64,000 nucleotides of DNA, from NCBI RefSeq assembly GCF_006345805.1, contig NC_043021.1, positions 10,230,001-10,294,000 of the forward strand. The letters run 5' to 3'. The translations under genes were made by a program, and so were the position numbers. Of the stretch, positions 1 to 15,826 are shown piece after piece. This stretch comes from Octopus sinensis. Lineage: Eukaryota. The notes under the pieces are model-generated. The model had not been told where the DNA came from. It did not search any database and saw only the letters and a list, made by a program, of their open reading frames with translations. How positions within the stretch are numbered: position 1 is the stretch's first letter; the number at the start of each line of letters is the position of its first letter.

Positions 1-142
1 GCCTTTAGTCGAGCAAATCGACCCCCCAGGATTTATTCTTTGGAAGCCTAGTACTTATTCTGTCGGTTCTCTTTTTGCCGAACCGCTAAGTAACGGAGAC
101 GTAAACACACCAGCATCGGTTGTCAAGCGATGTTGGGCGGAT

Positions 143-193
<51 letters not shown>

Positions 194-345
194 AATACAT
201 ATATACGACGGGTTTCTTTCAGTTCCCGCCTACCAAATCTACTCACAACGCTTTGGTCGGTCCGAAGCTATAGTAGAAGACACTTGCCCAAGGTGCCACG
301 CAGTGGGACTGAACCCGGAACCATGTGGTTGGTAAGCAAGCTACT
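1..345 (-). mobile_element. SINE family 1 (tRNA-like head GGCGCAGGAGTGGCTGTGTGGTAAG, internal microsatellite). Other copies at ~4285-4670+, 5155-5520+, 15170-15580+, 17590-17985-, 26590-26950+, 27290-27755+, 44500-44900+, 55700-56095-, 59430-60115-, 61570-61730-, 63860-63930-
   Basis: Highly repeated sequence with A/B-box-like motifs and an (AAAGAGT)-type tail; resembles abundant octopus SINEs. Confidence 0.75.
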
Positions 346-1089
346 TTATTTCGTTTTATTTGCCGCCGACTGGATTTTTTGCGAAAACATATTTTCTTTT
401 TTTTTTTTTTTTAAATTAATGTGAGGTTTCAAACCTCTTACAAGAAGGAGGCACTAAAACCTCTTACTTAACATGTTTTTTAAGAAAGTTTCCAAAAAAG
501 GGTTCAACACAAAGTTCAGAAAAGTTCAATAAAAACACAAAAAAGAACAGAAAGAGGGAGCAGAGGATAAAGAACGAAGGAAGTTCAATTCACGGCAACA
601 CAATTCGGCCACACCGGCAATCCACAAGAATACAGGTACTCCAGTCGCAACGCAAAACTTAATTCTTCCTGCCTTCGTACTCCTTGCCTGTGGTAAATCC
701 AATGGAACTTCCTGGGCACGAACACAGTAACGCAAAGACAATTTTCACAACCAAACAAATTTCTGCGGAGGGGATACGTCTCCTCAAAAACACAATTCTC
801 ACTGCAAAGTGAGTCTTTTCGTACGACCACAGGAAGGTAAATGTCTGAAGCAGAGTGGAGACTGTTGCTCAACAAAAATTATTAAATATAGAGCAAAAAA
901 CTCCACTAAGCCCCCCCCCCCCCAATAAAACAAACGCCTACCTGTAGTCGAGCTTCAAACGTTCAATATTTCACGTCGAAAGACGTAACTTCCAAGCAGC
1001 ACGAACTCTCCTGTAGTAAGGTAAGCAAGCTACTTACCACACAACCACTCGACTTTCACCATAAACAAGTGCGAATATTTAGATAAAGA

Positions 1090-1467
1090 CTAGCAGTATC
1101 GCCCGGCGTTGCTCGGGTTTGTAAGGGAAATAACTATATAAGCATTTTTAGAGAGTTATAGCCAAAAAATAGCAAAAAATGCATTAAAAATGGAAAAAAA
1201 ATTAAGGTAAATTTTTTTTTTAATCGTTGACACATCGTAGATATTTTTAGAGAGTTACTTCCCTTATATAATAGCGAAAAAATATGATGGTAAATTTTTT
1301 AAAAATCGTAGACTCATCGTAGACGCGCGCTAATACCCAGAAGGGCTCGATATGAATCACGACTATAAGATACCCGCTTTTGGTTAAACTGCACCGCAAA
1401 ATGTGGGAGTAGTTAGGAATCTAAATCGTAGGAGACAGACACACAACTTCACTTTTATATATAAAGA
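1090..1467 (-). mobile_element. Non-autonomous Helitron
   Basis: On the minus strand it starts TC (A|TCTTTATATATAAAAG) and ends with a CGCCGGGCG hairpin then CTAG|T, i.e. inserted at an AT dinucleotide. Confidence 0.7.
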
Positions 1468-2129
1468 TATAAGCCACGTAGTTATATACACATACTTTGT
1501 TATATACACATTCTTAAAAGAAAATGTTATTTTGAACACAACATTTATAAAGAATAAAATATTTTTTGGTTTTTCTTTTAAACGGATGCATACATTTATT
1601 AATAACTACATATAAGTGCCGTCTGTTTATACATAAACACTGTTTCATACTGCAATTATATATACATATATCTATATATAATATTATATAATAAAATATA
1701 TACAGAATATGTGTATATATTTATGTATGTATAAATATATACTGAAAGAAGCTCGGCTCGCCAATTAATACTACCAAAATTTAACGACAGAAAGTAAATT
1801 AAAAACCAATTTACCTTTTCTGTATTGTTATGGCAATTCGACCGTCGGTGTGCTTTTGCAAATGTGTTCGAATGGGAAGCGAGTTGTGCTTGGCGCCTTT
1901 TTTACAAATAACAAACACACACGTGTCTGTATGTGTGTATGTATGTATATGTGTATGTAGTTGTTTGAAACGTTTGTGTTAGTCACTGTCATATATGTAT
2001 GTGGCTGCGCTTGTGTGTGTGTGTGTGCGTGCTTTAGGTGTACGTAGGTATGTGTTTTTGTGTGTGTCACTGAAGCCATACATACATATATACATACATA
2101 ACCTCTCTCTCTCTTTTCTCTCTCAGTCA

Positions 2130-2522
2130 CTCACTACAAAAAGTGAATTACTTTCACTTTAATCGTTGCACACTTGCAAAGAGAAAGGAGGAGAAATTAG
2201 GGTGATAGCGTCAGTGAAGCAGATCGTTCCGTTTTTGTGTGTGTGCGTGTGCGTGTGCGTGTGCGTGTGCGTGTGCGTGTGCGTGTGCGTGTGCGTGTGC
2301 TGTAGCCCACACTAAGAAAAGCACTTGACTTACACACCACAATGTGAGTTTTCTCTAAATTTTGCTTAATTGGGGTTGAAATTTTAAAAACCGGACCTGG
2401 CACGACCCGATTTATTCTACTCTTAAAAATGCTAGGTAAATTGTAATTGAAGAAATCCTATATTGTAGATTTCTATAAGAGACAAAGGGAGGCAAATAAA
2501 ATCTGCCTTTTATAATAAGAGA
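2130..2522 (-). mobile_element. Helitron-like 5' module related to 7125-7390, in copy A intron 2
   Basis: Reverse complement starts A|TCTCTTATTATAAAAGGCAGATTTT and aligns by eye with 7125-7390. Confidence 0.45.
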
Positions 2523-2876
2523 TATATATAATTTTCAACTTGAAAATATATTGAGTCGAATGAATGCAACCTTTCAGTCCCTGAACATTTTTTCATTTGT
2601 TGAGTACATTTGTTGAGTACAATTTACTTTCTATGTGCTTCATATCATTCAGACCAACACCGCCTATACAAATATATTTTGATAACACACACAATCCGAT
2701 TTGCAACATTTAAAATGAATATCAACGTTTAAGAATAACAGAGCAATATAAGAGAATTCTGTTACAATACTTTAATGAATGGTCAAATACTTTAATATCT
2801 AAGAGGACAGTTTCAAGTATATTACGGTATAAAATTACTGTCTGTTAAAGATCTGCCATATTTGATTTGATTTTAG

Positions 2877-3583
2877 CAAAGCAAATGTCAGAAAGGTTAA
2901 AGTAAATATTGGTTCCAACAACAAATGGAGTCTTGGTTCTCAGTCAACAACTGCAAGTAGAATTCTGAAACATGTTGGATACGTACATACTCCATACCTG
3001 ATTAGTGAGTATTACAATTATCACGTTTTCAGATATTTTCTTGTAAATTCTCTCTTCATCAATCAATATCGGTGTTTCACCAAATGCAATTTCGTGTCAA
3101 TATACGATAACTATCATTTGGTGTTTTCAGTTCAGTGTTTCTGTAATAAACGTTTAAAAGCCGACATTTTTTCTTTCTTGCTCATCACATTTTGCATTAT
3201 CCAAACATTCAAGATATACTCATCAGACCTGAAGTGGAGGCACATGGCCTAGTGGTTAGAGCAGCGGACTTGCGGTCGAGGAATTGCGGGTTCGAATCCC
3301 AGACTGGGCGATGTGTGTGTTTATGAGCGAAACACTTAGCCCCACGCGGCTCTGGCAGAAGGGTATGGCGAACTTCTGCTGATTCTTTCGCCACAACTTT
3401 CTCTCACTCTTTCCTCCTGCATATTGCAGCTCACCTGCGACGGACCGGCGTCCCGTCCAGGTGGGAAACATATACGCCAAGGAAACCGGGAAACCTGCCC
3501 TTATGAGCCAGGCATAATTTGAACTCAGAACGTAGCGACGGGTGAAATACCGCGAAGCACTTCGCCCGGCGTGCTAACGTCTT

Positions 3584-3641
<58 letters not shown>

Positions 3642-5323
3642 CACTCTCTCTTTTACTATAGAGTAAAGACCTAATTCGGCCACTAACGATCATGGCATTG
3701 CAGCGAGTAAGTTCCCTTCCAAGGCGTAAGTCCAAGCAAGGTTGTTTGTGGAAGACCAGCAGTCACCCATGCATAACATTCTCGTCTCTCCCAGTCACCG
3801 ATGTTGTCCAAGCGACAGGCAAAACCAGTAGAACTTGGCACTCGTGAAGTCGCAACTCAATTCTACAGCAGCGCGGACTGCAGCAATGCTCAAGAATGCA
3901 ACACACAGCCCGTTCCGGGAATCAAACTCCCAACCTCCAGATTGTAAGCATAACGCTCTAACCACTGAGCCATGCGCCTTCACTCCTCCCACTACATACA
4001 TACATACATACATACATACATACATACATACATACATACATACATACATACAAAAATACCCTGTTGTTGACGATGAAGTTCCAATGAAGGAGCCTTGAAG
4101 CTAGGTTAGAAACCGGCTCTTTCTCTATTGGCAAGAAATCTTGAAATAAAACTGAACAATGACACAGACATACATACATGCATACATACATATGTTATTT
4201 ATGGCTATCATATAAACTTATTTCTATATTCCACGATTGTCAGTATATACCTCATACATATCTGTATCTACTATTGAAACATACAGGCGTAGGAGTGGCT
4301 GCGTGGTAAGTAGCTTGCTTACCAACCACATGGTTCCGGGTTCAGTCCCACTGCATGGCACCTTGGGCAAGTGTCTTCTACTATAGCCTCGGGCCGATCA
4401 AAGCCTTGTGAGTGGATTTGGTAGACGGAAACTGAAAGAAGCCCGTCATATATATGTATAAATATATATATTTATGTATGTGTATACATTTGTGTGTTTG
4501 TGTTTGTCTCCCCAACATTGCTTGACAACTGTTGCTGGTGTGATTACGTCTCCGTAACTTAGCAGTTCGGCAAAAAACACCGATGGAATGAGTTCTAGGC
4601 TTACAAAGAATAAGGCGGTGCTCCAGCATGGCCACAGTGAAATGACTGAAACAAGTAAGAGAGTAAAGAGAGTATATATATATATATTCTTAATTAGTTC
4701 ATATGCCTGCCTAACATATACGTATATTTTACCCTCAAAGAGAACGACATTGCCATACTGACTTTGACGCACCAAGTCAATGAAACTAGATGTGTTCGCT
4801 ATGCACAATTGGCCAGAAAAGGAGAAAAATTCGGTACCCGAAGATGTATCGCTGCTGGATGGGGACATTTCAAACGTAAGTATCATGAATTTTTCATCAA
4901 ATGCTCCTATCATTCTCAATTTAATCATCGTTAATCAACATTAATCATCATTCAACTGTGTTATTTTCAGGTAAAGGTAAAAGTCCTAACCATTTACATA
5001 AAGTGTCTCTTCATGCTATTCCCCATAAAGTATGCAAAAGAAAGTCGAAGATGGAAATTTCTGATGGAGTTCTCTGTGCCGGAGATTTCAAACGAGGTGG
5101 ACCATCTACTTGCCAGGTATGTTATATTGATATTATAGGATGCATGTCCCCAAATGATGGCTGTGTGGTAAGTAGCTTGCTTACCAACAACATGGTTCAG
5201 GGTTCAGTCCCACTGCGTGGAACCTTGGGCACGCGTCTTCTACTATAGCCTAAGGCCGACCAAAAGCCTTGTGAGTAGATTTGGTGGACGGAAACTGAAG
5301 GAAGCCCGTCGTATATATGTATT

Positions 5324-5383
<60 letters not shown>

Positions 5384-5836
5384 TGTGTGTGTGTGCGTTT
5401 GTCTGCCCAACATCGCTTGACAACCGATGCTGGTGTGTTTACGCCCCCGTCACTTAGCGGTTCGGCAAGAGAAACCGATAGAATAAGTACTAGACTTACA
5501 AAGGATAAGTCCTGGGTTTTTTTTGGTTTGGCTAAAGGTGGTGTCAGTCAAATGTCTGCAACAAAACAAAAAAATAAAAGAATAAATAAGAATAAATGAC
5601 TAATTATCTGAAATATTCACTACGGACCTTATTCAGTATCTAATACTTTCAATGAATATAAAGTTATAGTGTTTGTGTTTTTTCAGGGTGACTCTGGTGG
5701 CCCACTTTTTTGTCCAAACTCTAAACGTCGAATGGTTTTGGCAGGAGTAACATCCTACGGAAATAAATGTGACAACGAAGCCAGTGTTTTCAGCGATGTC
5801 GGATATTTCCGAGACTGGATCGAGAGTCACCTGTAA
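2877..5836 (+). CDS. Copy A: chymotrypsin-like S1 serine protease, exons 3-6 (2877-3004, 4741-4875, 4971-5116, 5687-5836); exons 1-2 not in window (probably upstream)
   Basis: AG/GT-bounded exons of the same sizes as the other copies (128/135/146/150 bp), open frame: KANVRKVKVNIGSNNKW...YLIK-NDIAILTLTHQV...AAGWGHFK-RKGKSPNHLHK...GGPSTCQ-GDSGGPLFCPNSKRRMVLAGVTSYGNKCDNEASVFSDVGYFRDWIESHL*. Confidence 0.85.
3235..3510 (+). mobile_element. SINE family 3, tRNA-derived head (inverted copy 25830-26100; relative ~61180-61560 -)
   Basis: TGGCCTAGTGG A-box and GGTTCGAATCCC B-box, no acceptor stem, followed by a non-tRNA body. Confidence 0.7.
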
Positions 5837-6047
5837 GGAATACTTTAAAGAAAATTTCTATTTCGAGTATTATTCACAATGTATTAACAAATTAATAAAT
5901 ATATAAAATAATCTATCTTGGTCGTTGTTGTTACAATGTTACATGAGAATTTTCGCCTATTTCACCGTGTTCAAGTTTGTTTCATGATTTAGTAGCGGAG
6001 TCTTATTCCTTACATATGTCTGTCATTTGTAACTCTTTTTAAAGAAA

Positions 6048-6436
6048 TCTCTCTATATATAAAGCTGAAGTTGTCTGTGTATGGCAGGTTGGTAGCCTTC
6101 AACTAACACTATCTCCTCCGAGACCCTGCGGCGCAAGTTGACCAAAATTGAGAGTATGATAGAAGAAGGCTTGCTCTTCATTCCATAGCAGAAAAAACTC
6201 AAATCGGACCACGTTAACACCAAAAATTATTTACAACAAAAGGTGCTTTTTTTCTATGAAAATCCCTATTTATCACGATTTTTTGACTGTGTGTCGCCAT
6301 TTTTCGGTGTATTTCAACCAGAAAAATGTTCACTTAAAGAAAATAACAAGCTACATAATGCAAAATTTTTACTTTTCAAAAATTCCAATTGTAAGGGGTC
6401 GAAAGAAACCCAAGCAACGCCGGGCGCTACTGCTAG
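6048..6436 (+). mobile_element. Non-autonomous Helitron (inverted duplicate at 35241-35631)
   Basis: A|TCTCTCTATATATAAAGCTG ... GCAACGCCGGGCGCTACTGCTAG|T termini. Confidence 0.72.
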
Positions 6437-6929
6437 TATTTGATAAAACTATATTTCTCACCAATTAACTTGTCTTGCCCTGGACCCAGATTTCCAAATC
6501 TTAGCTCAAGTTGAATGGTCAGCTATCACACCACGAAGATAAAACGTTTGGGTTACTACGAGTCAGTAACTGACTATCAAATTTTCTCTGAGCGGTAAAT
6601 GCCAATATATGAACCATTCCCCTTTAAAATAAGCATACATTACATTATCTGACTGAAAAACCAAGCTGTTTAATTGGTCACTAATTTCAATATTTCCACC
6701 CTATACTGAATTTTCTTATTTCTTTACTGCCCAGAAGGGGCTACACAGAGTGTACAAACAAGGACAGACAAACGGATTAAGTCGATTATATCGACCCCAG
6801 TGCGTAACTGGTACTTATTTAATCGACACCGAAAGGATGAAAGGCAAAGTCAACCGCGGCGGAATTTGAACTCAGAACGTAGCGGCAGATGAAATACCGC
6901 TAAAACAGGATTTATTCTTTGTAAGCCTA

Positions 6930-6967
<38 letters not shown>

Positions 6968-6984
6968 ATATATATATATAATAT

Positions 6985-7054
<70 letters not shown>

Positions 7055-7074
7055 ATATATATTATATATATATA

Positions 7075-7120
<46 letters not shown>
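6930..7120. repeat. (AT)n microsatellite. Many other (AT)n, (GT)n, (GA)n, (CTAT)n and (CATA)n tracts, e.g. 8790-8930, 10855-11225, 12876-12970, 22860-23050, 24660-24765, 30416-30530, 38125-38245, 58695-58840
   Basis: Direct reading. Confidence 0.95.
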
Positions 7121-7124
7121 CTTA

Positions 7125-7711
7125 TCCCTTATGATAAAAGGCAGATTTTCTCTGCCTCCCAAATCGTTTGTTTTTTATACAATTGTACAATATAGAATTT
7201 CTTCAATTGGAATTTACCTACGATTTTTACAAGTAGATTCTATTAGGTCATGGCATGTAAAGTTTTTTCTATTTGACCCCCAATTAAGCAAAAATTCGAG
7301 AAAAGTAAATATTTTACGATTTGCCTCTCTAATTTCAACTGCTTCACTCATGCTATCACCCTAATTTCTCCTCCCTTCTCTTTGCAAGTGTACCTTAAAC
7401 CACTACTCAAAAACAATACACAGCAAACAGAAACAAATAAATACATAACGATTTACTCCTCACACAATTTCTTCAATTAGAGTTTACCTATGATTTTTCC
7501 AAGTACATTCCATTCGGTCATGGCATACAAATTTCTTTCAATTTGACCCCCAATTAAGCAAAAAATCGAGAAAACTCAATATTTTACGATTTCCCTCTCT
7601 CACTTCAAAGGCTGTACTCTGCCTATTACTCCCACTTCCACTTTACACACATAGACACGCAAACATATACATATATGACAGTGTCAATTGTTGAAAGAAA
7701 ATTGTAAGCTA

Positions 7712-7746
<35 letters not shown>

Positions 7747-8789
7747 AATGTGTGTGTGTGTGTGTGTGTTTGTGTGTGTGACAGGGATGCGCCATTAATA
7801 CTGGTCATCCTTTTTGCTAGAGGAAGATCCACTATGGTCTTATATGCTACACCACTGGTTTTCAATTCATATTAATCAAATTAATATTCAATTTCTCACC
7901 CTTATTATCTGTGTGTGTATTAGCAATTCGTATAAAATTGCATCAATGACTTGAACTTGAAAAAGTGGTTTCACATATATGGGGATAAATTAAAAAAGGT
8001 TTGTTGTTAGTATTATTACTGTTTGACTATTGTAATCACATTTGTTGGTTCCTCGTCAGAGAAACGTTGTTGTGTTGCATTTGTTAAATAATTGTAAACC
8101 GTAACCCTCCCCCTTTCGGAAAAGGGGCTTTGGTTATTGTTTAAAGATTGAATTGTGTCCCTGTTTGGGGAAATTGACAATATTTTCACCGTCTTTACAC
8201 ATATATATATACACATATATACATGCATAATATATCTACCCATACACACACACGCACACAAACACACACCACACACACCTACATAGGGGCAGGTGTGGCT
8301 GTGTGGTAACAAACTACGTTCGAAGATACTGTACTTGATATGGGCGGTAGTGCCTTGCCGGTCTATGGCCTACCTTCAACAAACCGGGAAGGAACAAACA
8401 CTCTGTCTTCACATTTGCTACGTGAGACATGTTTTAATGTTGATGAGCTTGCCGAGTACATAGCCGACAATGAGCCAAAGCTCCTTCCAGAACACAAGTT
8501 CGCTTACAACTCCGTTGTTAATTCAGTCCGGGCCAAAACTGGAAGGATTTTTTTCCTGGACGCTCCTGGGGGCACTGGGAAAACTTTTGTCAACAAATTA
8601 ATATTGGCTGAGATTAGGCGAACACAAGGCATTGCCCTAGCTGTGGCATCATCTGGAATTGCGGCTACTTTGTTGCCAGGCGGCAGGACAGCTCACTCCA
8701 CTTTCAATAATAATCATCATAATTCAGTGCAATCAATAACAGTACTTTCAAGCAATTCAGCCCCGAGCATCGCCGGGCAATTCTGCTAG
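7125..8789 (+). mobile_element. Internally deleted Helitron carrying a PIF1-family helicase fragment (ORF 8340-8789)
   Basis: FFLDAPGGTGKT (Walker A) and AVASSGIAATLLPGGRTAHSTF are RepHel helicase motifs. 3' end CCCGAGCATCGCCGGG...CTAG|T. The putative 5' end A|TCCCTTATGATAAAAGGCAG at 7125 is less certain. Confidence 0.75.
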
Positions 8790-8820
8790 TATATATATAT
8801 ATATATAATATATATTATAT

Positions 8821-8880
<60 letters not shown>

Positions 8881-8902
8881 CATACATACATACATACATA
8901 CA

Positions 8903-8933
<31 letters not shown>

Positions 8934-10113
8934 GTATGCTAACGTTTCTGCCAGCTCATCGCCTTCCTATACTAAATTTTCTTCTTTCATTTTGATTTCC
9001 CATAAATAACACTGTAACAAACTTTATTTTTCGTCTTTGGTCAGTAAGTGTTATTTCCTATTTGCTTCTATTTAGAAATAAAAGAAAATTACTATTATTC
9101 CCTTTAAACTTTGCTTTCGTGACCTGGAGATCAATGGTTTGAAACGGACCTATTTTCCATTACATTTCAGACAGAGTCAGGACTCAGTTGCTAAAGCACA
9201 AATATCGTGATAACAAATATCCTGCTCAATAACACGTATTTGCATGTCAGTTACTTGATCAAACTTTTAGTGGCTGACACTATGCGTATCTGATCATGAG
9301 CAGGTGTAGTGGGGTGGAGTCATCACTGTCATGTGTTAAGAGGGATTCTTTAAGGTTTGAATAAATGTAAGAAAAGCAAAGTTTGAAGGAAATGTTATCC
9401 ATTTCTCATACTTTCTAGGGGTAAGCAAATAGAAAATAACAGTTGCTACCCAAGGACAAAAATAGTGTTACACAGTGTAACCTGTTCCTGCACAGAATTA
9501 TTGTATTTCGCCAGGAAAATATTCGGCAGAATATCACCTGAAATAATGGGGCAGTTATATAACCTGCGTGACTCCCTGGTCCACAATTTCTTCCCTACCC
9601 CTGCCTCCAAGCCTGGCCTCTTCCCTTGCTCACGTCCACACTGTAGCATTTGTCCCTAACTAATGCAAAGAAGTCTTTTTTAGAATAAGCCATGCTATTG
9701 AAACACGTGTAGTGATGCCATGAACTGTCCATTCGTTTTCCTTTTTACTTAATATTACACCGTGCACAATGTTCCTTTTATACATACACGGATTTCCGGC
9801 GTCGGTCATGAATGACCGTGCACCTAGAAAGTTACCCTCCGAGGCACAGGTCAGGGAAAGGTTCTTGATGGAAGACCAGCAGTCCCCCATGCATACCACG
9901 CATTCGATGTTGTCCAAGGGAAAGGCAAAAGCTGACGAAGCTTGGCACCAGTGACGTCGCAACTCTTTTCTACAGCTGAGTGACATGAAGTAAGGTGAGA
10001 TAAAGTGTCTTGCTCAAGAACACAACACATAGGCTATATAATCTCTAATTCCACAGACTTTCCTAGCCATGTAGTGGAACAATGGGAAAAGATATACACA
10101 CCACAGTCATATG

Positions 10114-10334
10114 TACGATGAGGTGCTGAAAACTTCCTGGCTTTTGGGTAAAAGAAAATACAGGAGAATCAGTTAATTATGATTTTATTCAACATTTCCC
10201 CTCTCGGATTGACACACTTATTGCAGCGGTCGTTCAGGTTTTCTAAGCCATGTAAAAGAATTCGGAAGCTTGGTCCACCGACCAGGCTTTTCGTGGCACT
10301 CTTAAAGCTTGGGATTTTTCAGCATCTCCTCGTA
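10114..10334. mobile_element. Mariner-type MITE downstream of the protease genes (also 23557-23777, 27171-27872 split by a SINE, 55250-55470)
   Basis: TA-bounded TIRs TACGAGG..TGCTGAAAA / TTTTCAGCA..CCTCGTA; duplicated with the 3' flanks of B, C, E and H. Confidence 0.65.
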
Positions 10335-10528
10335 AGAAATATGATTCTACTACAAAATTATCAGAAACAAAACTGCAAACAGATATATAGTTGGACATTC
10401 TCACGTAATATAACAAAAACCACAACAATTTGATTAATTATTTTATATATTTATTAATTTGTTAATTCATTGTGAATAATATTTTAGTGACATTCCTTTA
10501 TAAACAGAAAATTTCATTAAAGTACTTT

Positions 10529-15750
<5,222 letters not shown>

Positions 15751-15818
15751 GGTGATACTAAGTGTTCAGCTACTTGTGGAGAAAAACTCAACTGATGCTA
15801 GAGTTATGAATCGTGTGG

Positions 15819-15826
15819 TATTTATA
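15819..15826 (-). promoter_or_regulatory. TATA box of copy B
   Basis: TATAAATA on the minus strand about 70 bp upstream of the ATG, homologous to the C promoter. Confidence 0.6.

Noticed and set aside
360-1030. Unique-looking segment with 71-96 aa minus-strand ORFs
   Set aside because: No recognisable motif; probably a fragment of an unidentified repeat; cannot be supported
3239-3310. Possible tRNA-Arg gene
   Set aside because: A/B boxes and an anticodon-like arm are present, but there is no acceptor stem and it continues into a repeated SINE body
4446-4928. Antisense ORFs over protease exons 4-5 (also 12264-12569, 21859-22179, 29806-30084, 37619-37933)
   Set aside because: Shadow frames of the real exons on the opposite strand
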